Positions 1 through 13,300 of a stretch of 64,000 nt of DNA are shown here, one piece after another; position 1 is the first letter of the stretch, and each line of letters begins with the position of its first letter. The notes below the pieces were generated by a model. The model saw only the letters and a list, made by a program, of their open reading frames with translations. It was not told the origin of the DNA and ran no database searches. The DNA is taken from the NCBI GenBank assembly GCA_008632985.1, contig QPGO01000060.1:248001-312000 (forward strand), written 5' to 3'. This DNA comes from Psammoneis japonica. Taxonomy: Eukaryota. The position numbers were made by a program, and so were the translations under genes.

Positions 1-268
1 GCATGATGGATTCGTCTTCGCGCTCTTCTGCCTCATCCTCGTTTGAATCTTCCAAAAAGGAGGCCTCAAGCTCAGTGGCAAGTCGATTGATGTGGTCCAC
101 CTCACTCGCTTTTGCCTCGTCGCTCGGCTCGTCGCTGGACTTGTCCTTCTTGTATGGATTGTTATGATGCGAGTAGAAGATGGTGCCTGCTGCAGTGGTT
201 GCTGGTGGTTCCAACCCGTCCTGGGCCTGTGCAGTTGGAGCATCTTTTTCATTGATGAGAGATGGCAT
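1..268 (-). CDS. 5' part of an unknown acidic protein running off the window (MPSLINEKDAPTAQ...EDSNEDEAEEREDESIM)
   Basis: Open frame from ATG at 268 to the window edge, translated by hand; no recognisable domain. Confidence 0.4.
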   Translation of the reverse strand, partial: MPSLINEKDAPTAQAQDGLEPPATTAAGTIFYSHHNNPYKKDKSSDEPSDEAKASEVDHINRLATELEASFLEDSNEDEAEEREDESIM

Positions 269-479
269 TATGGACAAATGATGCCGACAGCGTATGCCAT
301 ACAAGTCCAATCGCAACGAATCGCAACAATGGCAATGAAAACGGTAGACTAGGCCCTGCTGCTGGTGCAACAGCAGCAACGAGCGAGCGGCGGTAGTGCG
401 GTGGTCGGACCGTCTGTCGTCCGTCGTAGGGTGACCGGTCTGGTCGCCGGCTCCACCCGTCGATTTCCGGCCGATTTGC

Positions 480-578
480 GAGGGACCCGAGGGACACCCT
501 GTCCCTCGGGGGCGCGCTTCGCGCGTCCCTCCCGCTCCGCGGGACAAATGTCCCTCCAGGGACGCTCCGCGTCCCTCC
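480..578. repeat. GC-rich cluster of GGGAC/GTCCC motifs in both orientations
   Basis: About 8 copies of gggac/gtccc within ~100 bp (e.g. agggacaccctgtccct, gggacaaatgtccc). Confidence 0.55.
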
Positions 579-624
579 AAAAAAAATTTTCTGTCAGTAG
601 ATGTCTACGTAGATTGCTCAGAAT

Positions 625-632
625 TTTGGCGC
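625..632 (+). promoter_or_regulatory. E2F-like site TTTGGCGC, probably part of the original POLA1 promoter
   Basis: Matches the TTTSSCGC consensus; lies ~80 bp upstream of the POLA1 ATG once the 661-2169 insertion and one TSD copy are removed. Confidence 0.45.
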
Positions 633-660
633 GCGCCCCTCACAAAAACAACACGACGGC

Positions 661-2169
661 CAAGGATTTATAAGTCTGTCAGGATGTACAAGCTGCGTAG
701 AACGCGTGTTGCCATGCGTGGTCAACAGCCTCTAAGTAATCTTGACGGTGCGAACTCCGCCGTTAAAGTATATTAATTTATGTATATTTTGTATATCCTC
801 ATTTTTTCAAGGGATCGCGCATCATTCATCAAAGCACCACACACCATGATAATCGGAGCGTCGCTTATTAGACTATTGACGATCCTTTCAACAGTACCAA
901 CGCTATCTACTAGTCTTTACCTCCATATAGAAACAGCTTATGTTGCTTTTTCGAAGGTAAGCGGCCAATTGTAAGGTGAAAAAAGGATTTTGTATTGACA
1001 CCACGGTTCGAGACTCATTGTCGCTCTCTGTTTCGGCATCTCACTCATTTTCTTTGACATGTTCGTCTTTATAACTCATATAGAGAAGCTGTTGAGCAAC
1101 GTATCACCCCTACGGACGAACAATATCTCATAGTTTCGTGTCGGTGTCGACACCATTTCTTTTCAACTCATGTTCTTCCTTGCATCGGAACGGGGCTGTG
1201 GTGTGTCCTACGCTCTCTTTTGGACTGAACCAAGCAAGCTACAGTTGATACTTTCACGAATAATGACAATTATAATGTGCAATGGGTTGGATATTGACGT
1301 CCATGACCTTGCCGAGTGCCGGTTAGTAGTGCTCCCTCGTTCGGGGACCGAAAACTGGGGTAAATCTTGGTGGCGTGGAGACTCTGCGATTGGAATGCGA
1401 GTGAGCGGGCTGGAATCTCGTGCAGTTTACTTCTGAAGGATCTGTACAATAAGGTATGTTTACATTTAAAGCAGTATTGATGCATCATGCATTTACAGTA
1501 CCGGCATGACAAACAAGCTAACAATGTCATTCTCCGTCTCTATCTTTCCCATCTAGGTGGTGTCTTATTTTTGATTCTTGGCCAGTGATGAGGGGCAATG
1601 CATAAAATTTTAGTGCTTCTCTCGGGCTTCAAGTAATGGACAATGCTTTGGACGAGACGCTTGCATCGTGTGTTTTGCGTCACGCGTATCCTTGCCAGCG
1701 GGCGACCCCAAAGTGGATCATCAGCGTGAATCAGCGCTTGTCGAAACACATGACAATTTGGCGAACTACAGCAGCATACATCATCACTCATCGTTACAAC
1801 AATCAATCAGTCATTGGGTTGATTGGCAATCGGCGGCAGATTTTAGAGCTACCATATTTGAAATTCCATTTCGTCTCTGTCTTCCACGTACGCCACCGCA
1901 CCATCACATTTCGTGCCGTCTGTTATCCCCCCTCCATCACGTTTCGTGTGCCGTCTGTTTTCTCCCCTCCATCACGTTTCGTCTTCGAGGTATCTATGAT
2001 ATTTGTGCATGAATATTTATAAATGATAAGTTCGTCCCGTCAGAAGCCCTACGTAGACTGCCGTAAAACGCAGTACAAATTTTAACGGTGTTCGTACCAC
2101 GCATGGCAACAGGCTCGTGCGTAGATTTGTACCGGAGCTTGTACATCCTGACAGACTTATAAATCCTTG
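661..2169. mobile_element. Non-autonomous DNA transposon, 1509 bp, 34-bp perfect TIRs, 8-bp TSD (hAT- or P-like)
   Basis: caaggatttataagtctgtcaggatgtacaagct at 661-694 and its exact reverse complement at 2136-2169; TSD acgacggc at 653-660 and 2170-2177; subterminal inverted motif gttgccatgcgtgg; no transposase ORF. Confidence 0.93.
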
Positions 2170-2226
2170 ACGACGGCTATACGGTTTCATACCGGTAATC
2201 TCTCTACCATAGCTAGAGGGAGAACA

Positions 2227-5200
2227 ATGCCGTCGAAAAAGGCTGCGGCGCTTCGGGCCTTCAAGGAGGCTCGTTCCCGTAAGAACAATGGACTTGGTGG
2301 AGTAGATGATTATGAAGTGAAAGACGAGGGAGACGTGTACGAAGTGTTGGAAGAATCAGAGTATCAAGAGTTGGTTGAGTCTCGACGTCAGCGTGAAGAT
2401 TTTGTTGTCGATGATGGTAAGGCCATTCATCATGTGTATGCTTGTTCTAGATGGCTTATGGTTAACTCCTTGTTGTTTTGTATCGCTATAGATGGCTTGG
2501 GATACCACGATGACGGCGAAGAGCGCTTAGGAGATGAAGACGGTGATGACTCCTCTCGTCCTAAGAAAAGATCTGGGACGACTGCTAATTTGACTGCAGA
2601 GGCACTCAGAAAAGCAAGAAGAACCAACGCTATGCTGGCTGAAAAGAAGAAGAAGCAGCAGATGGATGACGCAGAAGACACCGTCGGTAACAACAAGTCC
2701 ATGTGGGATTATGTCAAGCGCGGTGCATCTTCATCTGCAACTCAACGCAAGATTGCTTCAACGAACGTGGACGTAAATGTCGATTCGCTTCTAGATGAAC
2801 TAGACGAACCCATCCATATACCTTCCAAGAGACCTCGTCACCATAAGTCATCCTCATCGAGGCGTACCTATGGGCGAGCGTCGCATGGCCGACCATCTCA
2901 TCGCAGCGGCAGCTCTTCTTCACGTCGTCATCGCAGTGTGCTGAGTGTGCCTCGCACTCATGATACCACTTATCAGGAGCCTGACGTACCTCAAGAGAAC
3001 GATATCGATGGAGGAGACTGGGCCAACGACGATGAGCCTATGCAGGACATGGATACAACGGAGCCCCCTGTGCCAGAGGAGAATGCCACCTCTATCGAAA
3101 GAAATGATGACGTTGTTGATACCGAGACGAAGCAAGCGCCGACCGAGTCGACAAGCGAGGATGGGCCGAAACCCATGGACGCGGCAGATGACGATACCAA
3201 CCAAGACGCAAAGCAAGAAACTTTGTCGGAAGAACAGCCAGAGAAAAAAATTGTTCGCAAACGCTTTGCGCGTAAGAAGCTCGGAAGCTTGTCAGCCCCA
3301 GCGCAGAAGGCTCAGGAGGAAAAGGCACGAGCTGCCCGAGAGAAAACCAAAGCCGCCGTTGCACCTCCTACACCTGTCGCTCTGGATGCCAGTGGGGCTT
3401 CGTTTCGTCCTGACGTGATTCAAGGAGAAAATACGGCTGAAGCATCAGTATCTGCTGCCAATCTCGAGTCGGTGGTGCTAAAGGACGAGGAAACAGGGGA
3501 TAGCTACCTGGACATGTTTTGGATCGACGCGACGGAACAAAAGGGAGACATTCATGTATTTGGCAAGGTTCAGCTCCCCAGTAAGGATAATACCAAGCCG
3601 GTATTTGTCAGCTGCTGTGCCGTAGTCAAGAACAATGTCAGGAATCTTTTCGTACTTCCGAAACGAAAAGACGACGGAGAATTTGAATCCATGATGGATG
3701 TTCATACAGAACTCAAGTCAGTTTTGCAACCAGCGTGTATTCCAAACATTCAAGGTGCCACATGGGCTGGTAAAGTTGTGAAGCGCAAGTACGCGTTTGA
3801 AGATTCAGCTATTCCTCGTGAAGAAACTTCCTATTTCAAGGTGGCTTACGACGCCAAGTATCCTGTTCCGTCACAAGAAGTATGCAGAGAGGGTGGAAAG
3901 TACTTTGACAGGATTTTGGGTGCAGGTGCATCTACACTCGAGAACTTTATCATCAAGCGAAAGCTTATGGGTCCCTGCTGGATTCGTATTCGCAATCCTC
4001 AACCCAACGGATCTCCGATGAGTTGGTGCAAGCTCGAACTGCAGGTGGACAGTCCCAAGCATCTTCGTAGGCTCGATTTGGTCACCAAGGGTGCGCCCCG
4101 TCCGCCTCCTCCCATGGTTACTGTTTCTTTCAAGCTCAAGACGATTGTTAATCCCAAGACGCAAAAGTCGGAGATTGTATCAGTCAGTACCATTTGTCAC
4201 AAGCAAGTTTCCTTGGAGACAGCTTCGGACGAATCGACGCGTCACATGACGCAGCTCTCTCTCATTCGTCCTTTAGGTGGAGCTAGTGGTGGTGGAATGC
4301 CGCAATTCCCCCGTGATATTGACTCTGAGATTGCTACTTCCATTCCTCAGTTGCAACGTATGCCCAATGAGAGAGCCTTGCTCAGTAGGCTCTTGGCGCA
4401 AATTGGAAATTGGGATCCCGACGTTTTAGTTGGACACAATGCGTGGGGATACGACATGGAAATTATTTTGTCTCGTTGTGCCGAGTTAAAAGTCCCTACG
4501 TGGAGTAAGATTGGAAGACGTCGCAGGATGCAGCTTCCGCATCGCTCGTCGTTTTCCAAGTCCAAGGATTGGGCCATAGCTGATGCGGTGGCAGGGCGAC
4601 TACTTTGTGATACCTATTTGAGCGCTCAGGAATTGCTTCGTGAGACAACATACTCTCTCACCAACCTGGCGGCTTCGCAGCTCAAGACGGATCGCCGGGA
4701 GATTCAGCCGGTTGAAGTCCCGCACTGGTTTTCTTCGTCCAAGCACATTTGCCAGCTTGCTAGTCACACCTTGACCGACGCCCAGTTGGTGCAGCGGCTT
4801 TTCTTCAAGTTACAGATTCTGCCTCTCACCAAACAGCTAACCAACATCGCTGGTAACTTGTGGTCGCATACTATCAGAGGACGCCGTGCGGAGCGTAACG
4901 AGTATCTGTTGCTACATGAGTTTCATGTGCTCAAGTTCATTGCTCCAGAAAAGAAGAAGAAATCCAAGCAGGATGGAACGTCGAAAAAGGCCAAGTACAG
5001 CGGTGGTCTGGTGTTGGAACCAAAGAAGGGTCTCTACAACTCGTTTATTCTCTTGTTGGATTTTAACAGCCTCTACCCCTCCATTATTCAGGAATACAAC
5101 TTGTGCTTTACCACCATGGATTGGTCCAAGTATACAGATGGAGATGGCTCGTCGTTACCTCCGGTTCCAGATGATAGCTTGGATCGAGGGGTTCTTCCGC

Positions 5201-7027
5201 GGGTTATTAAAACTCTTGTCGAACGCCGACGTGGTGTCAAGAATATGCTCAAGAAAGAAGAAAATGCGGAGAAGAAGCAAGAGGTAAGGCATTATCGGGT
5301 TGAACGCCGCATGATATGTCTGTCCTTTTGACAATGTCTTATTATTGCGTTTCCTGTTACTGCAGCTTAACATCCGTCAGCAAGCTCTCAAGTTGACTGC
5401 CAACTCCATGTACGGATGCCTTGGTTTTTCTAATTCTCGCTTTTACGCTCAGCCGATTGCCGCACTCGCCACAGCCATGGGACGTGAAACGCTTCAGCGT
5501 ACGGTGGATGTCGCACAAGACACTGTCGGTCTTGAAGTGATTTACGGCGACACGGACAGTATTATGATCAACACTCGGATCACGGATGCGTCGCAGGTGG
5601 GCGAGGTCAACAAGCTTGGAGACAAGGTCAAGAGGGAGGTTAACAAACTCTATCGAAGCATTGAGTTGGATATTGATGGTATTTTTCGCAAGATGCTGTT
5701 GCTTTAGAAGAAAAAGTATGCTGCGATTACTGTGACGCAAAAGCCCAACGGAGAATACGAGTATTCCCAAGAGGAGAAGGGACTCGATTTGGTGCGTAGG
5801 GACTGGTGCATTCAGTCGAAGGATACGGGACGTTACGTGTTGAGTCAGATCCTCTCGGACGAAGACGGCGAAGAAGTTGTCACGAAAATTCACGAGCATC
5901 TTGAAGGCGTCGCTGCAAAAATGAGGAATGGCGAGCTACCACTGAAAAAGTACGAGATTACCAAGGGACTGAGCAAGCATCCAAATGATTACCCCGATGG
6001 TAAATCGCAGCCTCACGTCATTGTTGCCAAGGCGATGTTACAGAACAACCGACCTGTCAATACGGGAGACCACATTCCCTATGACATTACGGCTGCAAAC
6101 GAAGATTCATCGTCAGACCAGCCCACGACAAAGACCTCGGCTGCTGAACGCGCGCGTCACCCTGAAGAAATCGAACGTAGCAACGGGGCCCTCAAACCAG
6201 ACGTCGAGTGGTATCTTGCCCAGCAGATTCTCCCTCCTATTGCTCGCCTTTGCGAGCCTATTGCCGGAACCTCGCAAAGTATTCTCGCCGAGAAACTAGG
6301 GTTGGACTCGACCAAATATTCAAGTGTTGTTCACTCTGGTGGAACCGTAGTGGACGAGGAGGATCTGGTGGATTACACCCCGGCGTCCAGTCTACCAGAC
6401 GAGGAGCGGTTCAAGAACGTTGAGAAGCTGATGCTTACCTGCTCGGCTTGCAATGTGAAGAGCGAGTTTCCAGGGGTGTTTTTTGCCTCCAAAGACGCCA
6501 CTACTGGATCTACTACGCTCGTTTCAGGTTTGCGCTGTGTGAACCCCGACTGTCCTCACCCTGAGTTTTGGGGTAAACCTAGTCATGTCGATTGCTTGGC
6601 TCGGGTTTCCAACGCCGTTTCCATGTTGGTCCATCGTCGTATGAGACAGTACTACAAGGGCGAGATTCGTTGCGAAGACCCCTCCTGCGGTCTTGTCACC
6701 CGCCAGCTCTCTGTTGTCGGTGCGCAGTGTATGAGTCGAGGTTGCACGGCTTCCATGCACCCTGTGTACAGTGAGCGTGCGTTGCACGACCAGCTCAAGT
6801 ACCTCGACGCTCTGTTTGATATCAATCACGTTTGTGAGAAACTCGAACAAAAGAAGTTAGGCACCAAGAAGGATCTGCTCAGGGACATTGCCAAGAATGA
6901 CAGGACCACGTGGGAGGAGCTCCATGAGGGTGCCAACAAGTATCTACAGGGCAGCGCTTATAACTGGATTGAAGCCTCCTTGTGGACAACGTTGTTTGGT
7001 AGTAGTAGCCACGAGGTGAAGCAGTAA
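2227..7027 (+). CDS. POLA1: DNA polymerase alpha catalytic subunit; 3 exons (2227-2416, 2492-5283, 5366-7027); in-frame TAG at 5705-5707, possibly a null allele
   Basis: FVVDDDGLGY after splicing; B-family motifs [51 protein letters not shown]-terminal Cys zinc fingers; GT-AG introns 2417-2491 and 5284-5365. Confidence 0.95.
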
Positions 7028-7078
7028 GCGCGTGTGTCGGGTTGCCGTAATTTAAACCTTGTAGTATTGCATGTACTA

Positions 7079-7330
7079 TTAGTTCAAGTATCCTATTACT
7101 GTTCTCTCCGCATTTCCATTGCTGAAAAGGTGCATAACTTCGATTCCATGAGCGTGCGGTTGCAGACTCTCCACGACTTTGTTCGTTTGCGAGTCAAAAG
7201 ATTCCTTCGAGTGGCCGACAATGCACTTGAGAGTCAGGACAAAGAGCGCATTTTGATTTAACAACGCTTTGCTTGGAGCATGAGCCTAGCCTGGTTGTCC
7301 ATGTCGTTGAGGCACATAACAAAAAATCTT
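7079..7330 (-). pseudogene. Possible 3' remnant of a host gene convergent with POLA1 (frameshifted)
   Basis: Protein-like ORF LLNQNALFVLTLKCIVGHSKESFD...HLFSNGNAERTVIGYLN*; the upstream continuation (CLNDMDNQARLMLQAK) is in another frame and runs into the degenerate island. Confidence 0.3.
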
Positions 7331-9994
7331 TTCACCAAGTGACGCCATGGTGTCTCCCGACCTTGCAAAGGCCGCTCCCATGACTGTCACTGAGATCTGT
7401 CATGAACTCCAAGCACACAGCACTCTGCCACACGTCCATGCGTCCATGAATGTGCTGTGTGCGGATTTCACATTCAATCTGGATACGTTCTTTGAAGATC
7501 CAGATCACACTTGGCCCAAGAAGAATTTTGTGGACTTATTCTCAATAAATTTCTCATCAATCAAGCGATTCCACCTTGCACAGTGGATCCCATGGACATG
7601 CAGTCCATCAAGACAATTGTGGGTGAAGCTCTTTTTGCATTGCAGACCCTGCTGAGTCTCACACAATTCATTTGATGCTTGGAGGTCTCTCAACCATGAT
7701 CAAGCTGAATCTTCAGCAACACAAGCATGCTCCACACATTCTCACATCAACGCAGCATGTGTGTCTTGATCCTGATGTGCAAGGGAATTGTGGAGATTGG
7801 AAAAAGTTTTCTCTTTCCCCACATGCATCCAAACAAGCTCGTGCAGCTCCACAGTTGTTGACCACGAATCCTTTGTTGACATGCATGGACAATTTTGCAA
7901 CGACTTTGCGTGACATTGAGTCACATCATGCACAACCACATTTGACAACTGCCAAGTGTCATGGAGGTGCTGCTGTGTGTGTTGCACCCCAGTGTTGACC
8001 TCCACAAGAACATCTGCTTCATCCAGCAATGAGCATGAATTCCTTGTTGATTGGCACAGATGATTTTGTCAAGGCCCGGCACAGTCCTTCATCAGCAACT
8101 GCACCACTCCATGAGAATGCAGCCATGCATCCTGGAGGCAATGTCATCCATCTTCAAGCTCTTGTGCCTCTTCCAATGACAAATGCACTTCTTCCCTCTG
8201 CCAATGTTCATGATCTTGTTGCTGCATCGTGTGATTCCTCATCGGGGCCTGCATTGTCCATTGCAGCTGCCAACTTGTCTCATGAAGAATCTGCGGCACC
8301 TGTCATGTCTGTGGATCAGGACATGACTCCAGACACCGAGGCCACTGGGGAGAATGAAATTGGTTCTTGTGCTTGGGTTCAAGAACCCAGGGTTGCCGTT
8401 GCTCCAAGTTGCACCCCATCCTGTTCTTGGTTGTTCATCTGATGCCAACAAGCATGTCCTGTGGCAGGATCCTGAAAACTCTCAGATCAAGATGGACATG
8501 AACGCATGCTTTGACAGGGCATGGACAACCCCCCTTGTGCAAAAGATCAATGTGATCCAGACCCTTCACCTTCCAGTGACCATGACAAATGAGAGAGAGC
8601 ATCTTTGCTCTCTTGCTCACCCTGGGCCTTGTCTTTGACTGATCATGCATTTGAAGATTCAAAGATGGATGCTGCCACTGAGTCCTCCAGCCAAGATGAT
8701 GCAGATGTGACTCAAGATGAAAATGCAATTTTAATGGGTGCGCGGGTTGGTCCTGTGATTGCTGCTGTGCCAGATGTCAAGCCTCCTGTGTCTGTTGTCT
8801 GTCATGGTTTCTGCAAGCAAGCCATCTGCAATTGTTGGCACCAGTTCACTTGCATTGTCTGCCAGATTGGTGGCACCATTCCCGCCAACCTCCATGTTTG
8901 CATGCTCATGACCCCAAAGATTTTTGGCCATTCTGTTGTTCCACACAATGGTGGCCACATTCAGCCACTTGATGGACTGTCCTCTGTCATCAAGGTCACA
9001 CGTGAGCCACTTGCCACCTGTGTGCTGCCACCATCTGATGCTCAAGGATGCCACCAACACTGCATTGTTTGTCAAGTTGATTTGCACTTGGATTTTTGGT
9101 TCAACCATGTCATCAGCTTTGGACATGTGATGCTGCCATGCCTTCTCTGATCTGACCAACAAGACCAATGGAAGCGGGGCAACCCTGAGAGAGAGCCACT
9201 GAGTCTTGTTGTCTCCCGCCATGTGTCACCTCTTTCCTTTGCTGTCAGGACTGATGTGGTGTCAAATGACATTTTTCCTGGCACTCCCGACCTCTTGTTG
9301 ACCATCCCGATGACAACCCCACACTTTTTGAACAGGGAGGGATTCCCACAGCACAGATGAAGCATGTGAGGCTGTTGAGGACACCACATTCAATCAAGAA
9401 ACCTTGCGTGATGACCATGATTTGAACGTCGTGCAATGCTCACCTGCAATGCGTCACTGCTCTTCCAGCATTGAATGACTGCATGATGCATTTTGTTTGT
9501 CCAACATGTTTTTCAGGGGTGACACATCCTGTGGCAGAAGCACTGTTTTGTCAGGTGGATTGCTGTTGCTTCTTTTCTGCTGCACTGTCTGCCATGGTGG
9601 ATTTGCATTTTCTGGCCCCATCCCTTCCGATGAGATTTGGTGACAGCATGACTCTCACCAGAATGTCTTTCTGCGATTGATTGCTTGTTGATTGACAAAT
9701 TTATTTCTTTGGTGCAAGACTTGATTTGTCCTCAAGATTTGTTGGAAACAGACTTTGATTTTTTTGTCAAAGACTCTGATGGATCAGCACATGCGCCCTG
9801 TTGCCGTTGGAGACACTTTTTGTTGGAGATGTCATCACCCTGTGCTGTGTTGTTCCTTTGCAATTGCAAGTTGAGCCTGGATGCTTTGTTTTGTAATCCA
9901 GTCTGTTCTCATGTGTCATCCCTGTTCTTTGAATTGATCTGCACTCATGCCATCTGTGTGGATGACCACTGCTGCAGACAGCATGACAGCACAC

Positions 9995-10270
9995 ATGCTA
10001 ATTCTATGAGATGGCATGTAAAATGGCATGTTTTCACGCAAAAAAAAAAAGCATGCCGGCAATTGATTTGTGGCCGCCCACTGCAACAACTCATTTCTTG
10101 TGAATTCAGAAGCTTTGGAATGCTGCTGCAAATCAATTTTCCTTTGTGCATTTCATGTGCCCCTTTGCCCGGCAATGTTTGACGAAGTTCTGTCAATGGC
10201 AAAACAGCTGGGGATCATTGGAAAAACAGTGATGGCATTTGCGACTGGGGTGCCACATTGACAGCACATT
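9995..10270 (+). repeat. ~270-bp repeat, left arm; inverted copy at ~16605-16865
   Basis: gcatgccggcaattgatttgtggcc...actcatttcttgtgaattcagaa...tgcaaatcaattttcc aligns with the reverse complement of the 16.6-16.86 kb segment. Confidence 0.75.
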
Positions 10271-10369
10271 CAGTCCAAACATGTCATCTGTGTGGATGGC
10301 CACTGGCAGCAGCAGAGGAGCCATTGCAGTGGCGGAGCGGCGTGGCCACCGCACCACACCAGTGACAAG

Positions 10370-13300
10370 TGAGCGAAGTGGGGGCACATGCAATGCAACC
10401 AAGTGCGCTCCCTCTGACACGTGCACGTCAGAGCAACCAACGCATTTGGGTGTTCAAAAGGGCTGCCAGAAGCTCTCCAATCAGTGGTTGATGTTGATCG
10501 GGCATCTTCTTGGTTCTCTTAATTGTCACCTTTGTCAAGTCATCTCAAGCTGCATCTTGCACTGCAGCTGCAGTCATTGTTGCAGCTTGTTTGTTGTGCC
10601 ATTGTTTGCACGGCAATGTCAAGACTGCTGTCAAAAAGAGAGAAAGCTCATCTGCATGCTGGTGCAGAAAATTTTGATAAAAATCATTCTGAACTGCTGT
10701 GTGTTGATGCTTGTGAATTTGGCAACATGGAGCAGTGTCTGTTTGATGTTGAGACATGCATTGCTGCTCTGGGGTTTGTGCTTGTTTGGTTGTTGACAGT
10801 CCTGGTTGTGTGGATCAATTGGGGCCACATTGTTTCACTTGCATGGCCGATTGTTGATTGGATGATTGCTGAGATTGTTCATCACCATGTGTCAAGAAGC
10901 CTTGGAGAAGGCTTTTGCATTGAGCACAAGACCAAATTTGTTGATGCTGAGTTGCACAAAGTGAAGCTTGCTCAAACTTTTGATGATGGAGCTGAGCTTT
11001 CAAAAATGTGTCCTGTTTTCACAGGAGAGCATGGCACTGAGTCGCTGTTGCACGTGGAGGATTGGCTTTGCAAGGCAGCGTGTCAGTTGGCTTGTGACAC
11101 TGGACCAGAACTTTTTGATGCCTTTGAGGATTGCCTGCAAGGAACTGCAGAGTCAAAGTGGCAGAATGTTGCTGGCAGAATTCCTCAAAACCAACAGACA
11201 GTGGATCGGTTTGATCAAACAGTTCAGGCCTGCCATTTGTGCTGCATGAAATTGATGGCATGGGGCACCATGAAGGCCTGTTTGCCTGCTTGCAAGAAGC
11301 CTCATTCAGCAGAAACGGAAACTCACATTGACTGCATGGAAACTTTTTTTGTCATGCCAGCTGCTTGCCTGGAACAATTCCTGAACTTGCAGAGCAGGAG
11401 CAGAAGAGTGCAACATTCTGCACTTTTCTGCTGACATGGCAGCAGCCCTGTGTCCGTGCAGGCAAGAACCTTGTTGCTGATTCTGTGGTGGATGTTCAGA
11501 CTCATGTGAGTGATGAGAAGGCATTGGCTGATGGACAAGATGGCAAGAAGTGCAAATCTGCTGACAATGATGGCAGAAACTTTTTCCAGCACCAAGAAAA
11601 GTGGCCATGACAAGCACAACAGAAAGGGCCAACCCAAGGCTGGCGATCCATGCCCGGTTCCATGGCATCATGGAAGGCATGCGTGGGGCCAATGTTGTGA
11701 TGACCCCAATGACCCCAGCTGTCATGGACCTCAGAATTGTGGTGGTCGCGGTGGAGGCCGTGGTGGAGGCAGTCAAGGTGGAGGTTGCTTCCAAGGAGGC
11801 CGCGGTGGTGGCCGAGGTGGCGGTGGATGCTTTGGTGGTCATGGAAATCAAAACCAAGGAAGCTGTGGCACCTGTCACAACAACTGCAACAACAACAACC
11901 ACAACGGGAACAATGCCAACAATGGCAACCAAGGTGGTGGCCAACATTGTTGCAATGACAACAACAACTGTGATGGTCAAGGACAGACCAACGGCTGTGC
12001 TGCTCAGGCAGATGTGAACAACAACCAGGCTTGAGAAGCTCCTTGTGGTGGCGTGCACCATTTCAATGCAATCGGACAAGGCCTTCCACGTTCTGGAGGA
12101 GTGGCAAGGTTTCAGTCTGATGGACAGATTCCTGGGCAGTTCTGAGAAGAACAAGCTAAATGCTCCAGAGCTGAGTGCTCCCAACTGCCCACACATGAAG
12201 TGTTTGTGAATGAAAATGAATCTGTTTGACTTGAATTGAATGACAAATGTTTTGCTTTTGATTGTTTTGAAAATGCCAACAAATTGTCACCTGCTGAATT
12301 TGAAGACACTGCAGAAAATTGCGTGAATGACGAGGGAGACGTGTTCGATCAAGACGCGTTTGAACACAACACTCCTCTCCCCAAAATGGGTTTGCAAGTT
12401 TTGCAAACAGCATTGGCACCATCCACTGCACTTGTCACCAGAATGATTCAGCATCACGAGTCAAGTCAAGCAATGTGTGTTTTGTTTAATTCTGGAGGTC
12501 TGTTGATGAACAAGGAGTTTGGGCTTTTCAGATGGCAGCAGGTTCATTCCAGTCAGGTCAATGGGTGGCATTGAGTGACATTGTGCCACCAGAATTCGAC
12601 AAGACAAGATGAGTTGATGGCTGTGCGGCACATGCATTTGATGCTCCTTGTGCTTGTGATGTTGTTTTGGGTCAAGATTTCCTGGACAAGATTGGACTCC
12701 ATTTGAGTTGCGACACCAGAACGCCACATTGATCAGACCATGTGATTCCCATGAAAGAACCTCGTCATTGGTGCAAGTCTTGCAATTGGCATGTTGCTTT
12801 GGATCAGATGGATGAATTTGATGATGATTGCAAAGACAAGTCAGATTGTGGATGCAATGACGGATGTGACAGTTGCGTTTTGGATGCCAAATGTGAAGCG
12901 ACGGATCCTTTGGAGGTTGTGAAGACTTTGGATGATCTGGATGAAGAGCAGAAGAAGCAGCCACTGGCAATGTTGGAGAAGCACTCCATCCCATTTGATG
13001 GGATGCTTGGCCATTGTCCTCATGAAAAGGCACACTTGGAAATGGATGAAAATGCCATGCCCTGTCACTCAAAACCTTTTGCTGTTCCTCAAGTTGATGA
13101 AGATGCTTTTAAGAGAGAGCTGCAGCATTTAGTTGAGCCAGGAGAGTTGCGACCGTGTGGACCTGCGGAATGGGCAGCGGGTGCTTTTGTCATTCCAAAG
13201 AAGGATGGCCGTGTGTGATGGGTGTCCCATTTTTGTGAACCAAACAAGGCACTCAAACGGAAAGTCTGTCCTCTGCCAGTGATCCAAGATGCGCCACAAC

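Noticed and set aside
2167..2491. Upstream TTG start and read-through of 2417-2491 as given in the ORF track for POLA1
   Set aside because: The start lies in the TIR/TSD; 2417-2491 is a 75-nt GT-AG intron whose removal restores VVDDDGLGY
7560..9700. Copia pol or methyltransferase remnant
   Set aside because: No diagnostic motif could be recovered with confidence from the degenerate sequence
11306..12196. 296-aa minus-strand Thr/Ala/Val-rich ORF
   Set aside because: Antisense shadow of the Gly/Asn-rich C-terminus of the Gypsy gag
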